Virus record (IMG/VR): IMGVR_UViG_3300008114_000018
DNA: 20,000 nucleotides
Direction: 5' to 3' (one strand)
From: an uncultured virus (IMG/VR IMGVR_UViG_3300008114_000018)
Lineage: Duplodnaviria > Heunggongvirae > Uroviricota > Caudoviricetes
Shown here piece by piece: positions 15,095 to 20,000 of this stretch. Under the pieces are notes generated by a model that searched no databases, was not told where the DNA came from, and worked only from the letters and a program-made list of their open reading frames with translations. The stretch's first letter is position 1, and the number at the start of each line of letters is the position of its first letter. The translations under genes were made by a program, and so were the position numbers.

Positions 15095-16039
15095 TCAAAA
15101 TGTTATTGAGCCATTACCTGTAAACCGATAAGTTCTCGTTCCTGCTACGTTACCCACAGTAGGTGACCCTGTAGTTGAAGATGCTAAACTGTGAGCATTT
15201 GGATATGCAATAATAACTACTCCGGAACCACCTGCAGCATTTGTTGCCCCGCCACCACCACCAGTGTTTGCTGTGCCTGCTGTTCCTGCAGCAGATATTG
15301 AACCATTGCCACCGCCTCCTGCACCACCTGTAGGTGCTGTGCCTGATCTTGAGGATCCTCCGCCGCCCCCCGCGTAAGTTACAGCAGAACCTGTCAGAAA
15401 TGAAGTAGCTCTCCCGGCACCTCCTGTATATGAACCACCAAATCCGCTTCCGGCTCCCCCACCGCCCGATCCACCTGGGGATCCATTAACAACACCGTTT
15501 GCATTAATGCCGCCAGCTCCTCCACCTGCAGCAACTATTCCCGGAGACGCAAAAGTTCCAACTGACCCCCCTACGATTAAAGAAGCCACCCCAGTACCAC
15601 CTTGTGTGCCGCCTGCACCTACAGTAATTGTATATGTAGTTCCGGGAACTATGTTTACCGCCGGTCCTGTTCTAAACCCGCCTCCGCCTCCGCCTCCGCT
15701 ACTACTACCACCTCCGCCACCAACGACTAAATAAGTTACCAACGTTGGGGGCTGAGAAGGTGAAAATGATAACCAAGCTGTATTGTTATAAACTTCAAAT
15801 CTTAAAGTATCAGTGTTGAATCCTATTTGACCTAAAACAGGCCTAGTAGGTCTATCCACATTAGACCATGTAGGAGTTGATACTCTACCAAAACTAGGCA
15901 TTGCTAACCATTGAGGTAAGCCATTATAGGCTATGTATTTGTATAATATTGAGACAGTAGGATTGTACCATTCATCTCCAACATTAGGAGATACTGGTTG
16001 ATTAGTATCCTGTGTAAATTGTTTAAATGTAGTGAACAT
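15095..16039 (-). CDS. Glycine-rich tail-fibre/virion decoration protein
   Basis: N-terminal anchor-like module, then 'YLVVGGGGG...GGGGGGGF...YTITVGAGG...YAGGGGG...NTGGGGG...GGSGVVIIAY...YRFTGNGSITF'. Start placed at 16039 by alignment with 16041..16340. Confidence 0.75.
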   Translation of the reverse strand: MFTTFKQFTQDTNQPVSPNVGDEWYNPTVSILYKYIAYNGLPQWLAMPSFGRVSTPTWSNVDRPTRPVLGQIGFNTDTLRFEVYNNTAWLSFSPSQPPTLVTYLVVGGGGGSSSGGGGGGGFRTGPAVNIVPGTTYTITVGAGGTQGGTGVASLIVGGSVGTFASPGIVAAGGGAGGINANGVVNGSPGGSGGGGAGSGFGGSYTGGAGRATSFLTGSAVTYAGGGGGSSRSGTAPTGGAGGGGNGSISAAGTAGTANTGGGGGATNAAGGSGVVIIAYPNAHSLASSTTGSPTVGNVAGTRTYRFTGNGSITF

Positions 16040-16040
16040 T

Positions 16041-16340
16041 TTATGACGTTGGGAACGCAACCCATGCGTTTGATATGAACGCTTCAACTACGTTAGTAGT
16101 AGTGTTGAGTCCCAATGTTCCTGCTGCGGGAGTGGTAGGTCTTGTTGCTGTTGTCCAAGAAGGTAATACTACTGTAGCAAAGCTAGGTGTTTCTGCCCAC
16201 TGAGTGGTATTATTAAAATTAGCAAACCTATACAATTTATTTGTAGTAGGATTATACCATTCATCACCTAATGATGGATTCGGAGGTGCAGATACGTCTT
16301 GAGTAAATCTGACACCGCCCTTTGTTTGTCTTGTTGGCAT
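16041..16340 (-). CDS. Small virion/fibre-associated protein, paralogue of the N-terminus of the downstream gene
   Basis: 'FTQD...P..P..GDEWYNPT...LY...QW...PSF...P.W....RPT.P..G..G.NT.T...E.....AW..F' shared with 15095..16039. Confidence 0.75.
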   Translation of the reverse strand: MPTRQTKGGVRFTQDVSAPPNPSLGDEWYNPTTNKLYRFANFNNTTQWAETPSFATVVLPSWTTATRPTTPAAGTLGLNTTTNVVEAFISNAWVAFPTS

Positions 16341-16344
16341 AACT

Positions 16345-19161
16345 TTACGCCTGTGCTTCTGTCCAACTAATCCTAGTATTAATACTGTTTGATGCTGTTG
16401 AAGTTACATTTCTAGCAACAATTGTAATAATATCAGGGCCATCTGGATATTTGTTTAACGACCCTGTTGGGAATGCCAATGCTGTTCCACCACCAAGAAT
16501 ACTTGTACCCAAATCACGAACAAGAGTCAATTCTTGTTGAGTAACACCTGGTGTTGTTGTGAAGAATCCAAAAATAGCTTCACCACCTGTTACTGTACCT
16601 GTACCATTGTGGAAGCACACTTGTGCTAAACTACTACCGCCGGCAGCAGCAAAATTTCCTGAACTTACTGAGGCATTCAGTAACACTGTGATTAAGAAAC
16701 AACAGTTAGTTCCTGTAGTGTAGGCATCAATCTGTCGTAAAACCAACTGCATTCGATTAATAATTTCTCTAGCACCAAGTAATCCAGTTAAACCACTATC
16801 TACGCTTGGTGCTACACGAATACTTAGTAACGGTACTGTTGCATTTTGAGCAATATTAGTAGCAGCAGTTGTTTGACCTGCAACGAAAACAAGTGATTTA
16901 TCGTCATCATATCTACCATCCATAACTACTGCACTACCCCAGTGACTTAACGTACTTGAAATTTGCGGGGAATACAATTGTACTCTGATTGGTGCTGTAG
17001 CACTGTAAGTGAAGGTTTGTGCTGATGTGGCGCCACCTGTCACTGCACGACTAGTAATTGTCAGCGTAGTATTTGTTCTCGCACTATAACTAATAAATTC
17101 AATAGCTGCACCAGTAGCACCGCTAGCAGTTAACACACATGTACCTGAACTAGGCCATAGTGAAACGTCACTTACACTTATAGTTGCGCCTGTTGTTGCA
17201 CCACTTGCTAAGGTAGCAGTTAAATGAGTATAATACGGTAGTGTGTTCACTTCATATCTAGCGCACATATTACCTGAACGCATCCAAGCTTCAGTGTTCA
17301 ATAGTAAGTTGTTATTGGTAATTCTATGTGCGTATATAACTTCACCACGATTGTTTTTAAATCCAAATCTTATTGCACCTGCACCATACCAGGCATAATC
17401 AATATAAAACATTTGAATTTTTGTTAAATCAAGACTAAATCCACTTGCTCCCGTACCATCACACTTGTCAATATTCCATTCACTTTGCGGAAATCTAAAA
17501 TCTCTAGTGACGCTTAATTGACAGTTAGTAGCAGTTGTGCCTCTGAATTCAGGATAAATATGCATGGATGTGTCACTAATAATAGTTTGCACCAAATAGG
17601 TCATGCCTCGTATTACAATTGAATCACCTGGTTTAAGTTGACTGCTGAATACTGTCCCAGTACCTGTTACGGCAGCTGCGCCGTTAGTTACTGCAATAGT
17701 ACCAGTTAGCTGTAACGTTGAATTGCGCTTTACTGCATATAGTTGCTGTCCATCAAATTCAAAGAAAGCACCGTTCTGATTATCAAATAACCCTACACGG
17801 CTTCTACTACCATGCCAACTAGTTGGCGCGGCTATTACTGGGGCACCTGTAGCAGGACTTGCACTTGGCGTACTTAATGCTGTGTAAGTAAATGTTTTTG
17901 GTGTGGGAGTTGTTGCTATAGTAAATGTACCGTTATATGCAGCTTGAGCAGCATTTTGTACAGTTATAGTTGCACCTGATATCATACCATGTGGCCATTT
18001 CGTTGTTACTGTTACTGTTGTACCACTACTTGTAACAGTATCAAGCTGAAACGGTGGTTTCATCATTGTACCAGTACTAAATTGTGTACCTTTACCAGAT
18101 TGATAACGGAAGTAACGACGGGTTTGGCGAATAGTTTGATAGCCATGATAACCATTACCTGCAGTAAATTGTACTCCACCATCAAATGCACGGTGTGTGA
18201 TATAACCTAATGCTCTTGTGTATATACTTGCATTTAACACTGCTGTAATTGTACCTGTTGCTGTACAAGCAAAAGTAAATGTGTTATTAGTTGGTGTACT
18301 TGCGACTACCCAACTACCATTCAATGTGCCAGTTGCCCCAGTTGTACCAACAATATAGATACCATTACCTACTTGTAAACCATGACCATTAGTTGTTGTT
18401 ACTGTTGCTACTGTACCGCTTAGTGAGATTGCATTAGTAGCTGCTGGAATAGCAGCACCAGTGTAGAATGTAGCTGCATTAACATATGATTTAGTGGCAT
18501 CATATAATGCAGCAGCAGGAGCTGTTGTTACTCTATAAGTAAAACTTGTGTTTGTTGTTACCGTCTCACATACCCACCATCCATCTGCATATGCAGAATC
18601 TAATGTACCTTGAACGAATATAGGAGTACCTGCTGCTAGACCGGTCGTACTTGATGTAGTGACTGTTACCAATGTACCCGAAGCAGTAATGTTAGAAATA
18701 CCAGTTATTGGAGTAGTAACATCGAAAAACGCACTAGGACGATTGTTTAATAATGTAATACTTTCCCACTTAGTTGGTTGTGTACCATATTCAAAGTCAG
18801 TATCAATTAACGCTTGCGGAGTTGATACACGCATTTTGCCAACTGGATCCATAAACGTTTCTGCTGGAATCATTTCAATGTAAGTTTCTTCAACTAAAAT
18901 GGCAAGTTTATCTGTGCTTGCGTGTGCTGCTGTATTATAATTCAACACGATGGATGTAGTTTCTAATCCTGAACTTGTATTAACAGAATTTGTGAAACTA
19001 CTTGCCGCTAATGACGGGTCACTGAAATTATAAATTACTGTGTTTCTAGTAACATTCGTAATCAACATTAATTGTTCACGGCGTATATATTTTCCGTTAA
19101 CAACTATTGTACTTGTACTTGGGGTGAAAGTATAACTTTCTAAAATTACATGCTTTGCCAT
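16345..19161 (-). CDS. Large virion structural protein with three internal beta repeats
   Basis: 938 aa, T/G/S/A-rich; three copies of 'SGT.[VA]TVTT....G...G..I............G.......T....FT[YF]'; located among fibre genes. Confidence 0.7.
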   Translation of the reverse strand: MAKHVILESYTFTPSTSTIVVNGKYIRREQLMLITNVTRNTVIYNFSDPSLAASSFTNSVNTSSGLETTSIVLNYNTAAHASTDKLAILVEETYIEMIPAETFMDPVGKMRVSTPQALIDTDFEYGTQPTKWESITLLNNRPSAFFDVTTPITGISNITASGTLVTVTTSSTTGLAAGTPIFVQGTLDSAYADGWWVCETVTTNTSFTYRVTTAPAAALYDATKSYVNAATFYTGAAIPAATNAISLSGTVATVTTTNGHGLQVGNGIYIVGTTGATGTLNGSWVVASTPTNNTFTFACTATGTITAVLNASIYTRALGYITHRAFDGGVQFTAGNGYHGYQTIRQTRRYFRYQSGKGTQFSTGTMMKPPFQLDTVTSSGTTVTVTTKWPHGMISGATITVQNAAQAAYNGTFTIATTPTPKTFTYTALSTPSASPATGAPVIAAPTSWHGSRSRVGLFDNQNGAFFEFDGQQLYAVKRNSTLQLTGTIAVTNGAAAVTGTGTVFSSQLKPGDSIVIRGMTYLVQTIISDTSMHIYPEFRGTTATNCQLSVTRDFRFPQSEWNIDKCDGTGASGFSLDLTKIQMFYIDYAWYGAGAIRFGFKNNRGEVIYAHRITNNNLLLNTEAWMRSGNMCARYEVNTLPYYTHLTATLASGATTGATISVSDVSLWPSSGTCVLTASGATGAAIEFISYSARTNTTLTITSRAVTGGATSAQTFTYSATAPIRVQLYSPQISSTLSHWGSAVVMDGRYDDDKSLVFVAGQTTAATNIAQNATVPLLSIRVAPSVDSGLTGLLGAREIINRMQLVLRQIDAYTTGTNCCFLITVLLNASVSSGNFAAAGGSSLAQVCFHNGTGTVTGGEAIFGFFTTTPGVTQQELTLVRDLGTSILGGGTALAFPTGSLNKYPDGPDIITIVARNVTSTASNSINTRISWTEAQA

Positions 19162-19165
19162 TTAA

Positions 19166-19594
19166 TTAATCTCCTAATGCGATGGTAGTGGCTGAAAATG
19201 GGTATCTTCTTGTTTGTTTATTTGCGCTTGTGTTTGTAATGGTTACAACTGCTTGATCGCCTACACCAGGCGCATTATAAATTATCAAATTGCTACCACT
19301 CACTTTATATCCTCTAAAACTATCATAATCTACGATCCAAGGCCATGTGTACTGTGTAACATATGGGCTTAGAATTTGTCCGTTTATTATTACTTGAACA
19401 TCTCTTGAATCAACTACATTACTTATACTGTTATAGTCTACTGCTAAAGTAAAGACTGCTTTTGATCCGTCAAAATATAAGCTTATGTCGTTACAAGAAA
19501 TAGGCGGAATAAGGCCATTATATAAATTAGCCACATCGAAGGATACATTTCCTACAAAGTTAGTTCCGCTTGATTTTATTACTGTAAGTGCCAT
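19166..19594 (-). CDS. Virion structural protein (beta-sandwich module)
   Basis: 'DISLYFDGSKAVFTL...QVIINGQILSP...SGSNLIIYNAPGVGD' pattern typical of structural proteins of T4-like phages. Confidence 0.6.
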   Translation of the reverse strand: MALTVIKSSGTNFVGNVSFDVANLYNGLIPPISCNDISLYFDGSKAVFTLAVDYNSISNVVDSRDVQVIINGQILSPYVTQYTWPWIVDYDSFRGYKVSGSNLIIYNAPGVGDQAVVTITNTSANKQTRRYPFSATTIALGD

Positions 19595-19612
19595 AATTTG
19601 TCTCTAATATTA

Positions 19613-19620
19613 TATTTATC
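19613..19620 (-). promoter_or_regulatory. Probable late promoter box GATAAATA
   Basis: 7/8 match to T4 late TATAAATA, intergenic, 18 nt upstream of a structural-gene run. Confidence 0.5.
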
Positions 19621-19657
19621 AAGAAATTGATATCAACTGTCTTGAATTCCTAATTTT

Positions 19658-20000
19658 TTATAATGTGATAGTTCCGGTACCGGTGAATGTATAAATTTTA
19701 TAGCCAGCAGCAGCAGTAAATGTGGGAGACCCACTAGTAAAAAATGCGTCACCCAATGTATCTGAATATCTTAATATAACCAATCCAGAACCACCATTAC
19801 CTCCTAAATCAGTGGCGCCGCCGCCAGAACCACCGCCACCGCCACCCGATCCTGTGTTGGTAGTTCCTGCCACTCCTGGTGAACCTGAATTTCCTCCTCC
19901 GCCTGTTCCACCTGTTCCGGCAGAAGAGCCTCCCCCACCGCCTGCTCTTGTAGTTGCGGTACCAGTAATACTGGATGATGATCCTGCGCCGCCGGAAGTA
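19658..20000 (-). CDS. C-terminal part of a glycine-rich tail-fibre/decoration protein (5' truncated)
   Basis: Frame is open to the window edge (TSGGAGSSSSITGTATTRAGGGGG...); ends 'NTGSGGGG...GGSGLVILRY...YTFTGTGTITL', paralogous to 15095..16039. Confidence 0.8.
   Translation of the reverse strand, partial: TSGGAGSSSSITGTATTRAGGGGGSSAGTGGTGGGGNSGSPGVAGTTNTGSGGGGGGSGGGATDLGGNGGSGLVILRYSDTLGDAFFTSGSPTFTAAAGYKIYTFTGTGTITL

Noticed and set aside
16039..16087. Programmed frameshift fusing the 99-aa ORF to the glycine-rich gene
   Set aside because: No clear slippery heptamer; an ATG 1 nt after the stop and N-terminal homology explain independent initiation.
4361..18883. Shadow ORFs in the track (4361..4567, 5710..5991, 6678..6995, 7392..7601, 9333..9563, 9479..9694, 11647..11898, 12531..12794, 12772..12957, 13680..13925, 14641..14841, 15507..15734, 17989..18210, 18659..18883)
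   Set aside because: All lie antisense or out of frame within well-supported genes and show no recognisable motifs; the Pro-rich one is simply the reverse of Gly codons.
1..20000. Alternative genetic code (stop-codon reassignment)
   Set aside because: Code 11 yields full-length conserved proteins and near-complete coding density.
1..20000. tRNA, CRISPR array, structured ncRNA or DGR template repeat
   Set aside because: Intergenic gaps are at most about 125 nt and AT-rich; I saw no cloverleaf, spaced repeats or near-identical nucleotide repeat pair. GC-rich runs are Gly codons.

Overview
AT-rich, densely coding 20 kb segment that reads as part of a large tailed (T4-like/myovirus-type) bacteriophage genome, probably infecting a proteobacterium (inferred from the IscU, AceA and class Ia RNR sequences). 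The standard genetic code gives a gap-free gene map, almost all on the minus strand. Right to left: (1) virion/tail-fibre genes (glycine-rich proteins, a 938-aa repeat protein, a duplicated anchor module); (2) a perfect sigma70 promoter leading a nucleotide-metabolism operon (transglutaminase-like ORF, nrdA, an inserted isocitrate lyase aceA, a small ORF, nrdB, glutaredoxin, Sm-like ORF); (3) a PAAR gene translationally coupled to a ~739-aa unknown protein; (4) a second sigma70 promoter leading a SleB-like cell-wall hydrolase, a membrane protein, a DUF2452-like protein, an unknown protein, iscU and a 40-aa membrane peptide missing from the ORF track; (5) a strand-switching enzyme cluster of three 2OG-Fe(II) oxygenase-like proteins, two paralogous degenerate kinase-fold proteins, an atypical SDR and a GNAT-like protein, partly behind T4-late-type promoter boxes. 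The best candidates for new biology are this modification cluster and the isocitrate lyase inside the RNR operon. All calls come from motif recognition by eye; no searches were run.
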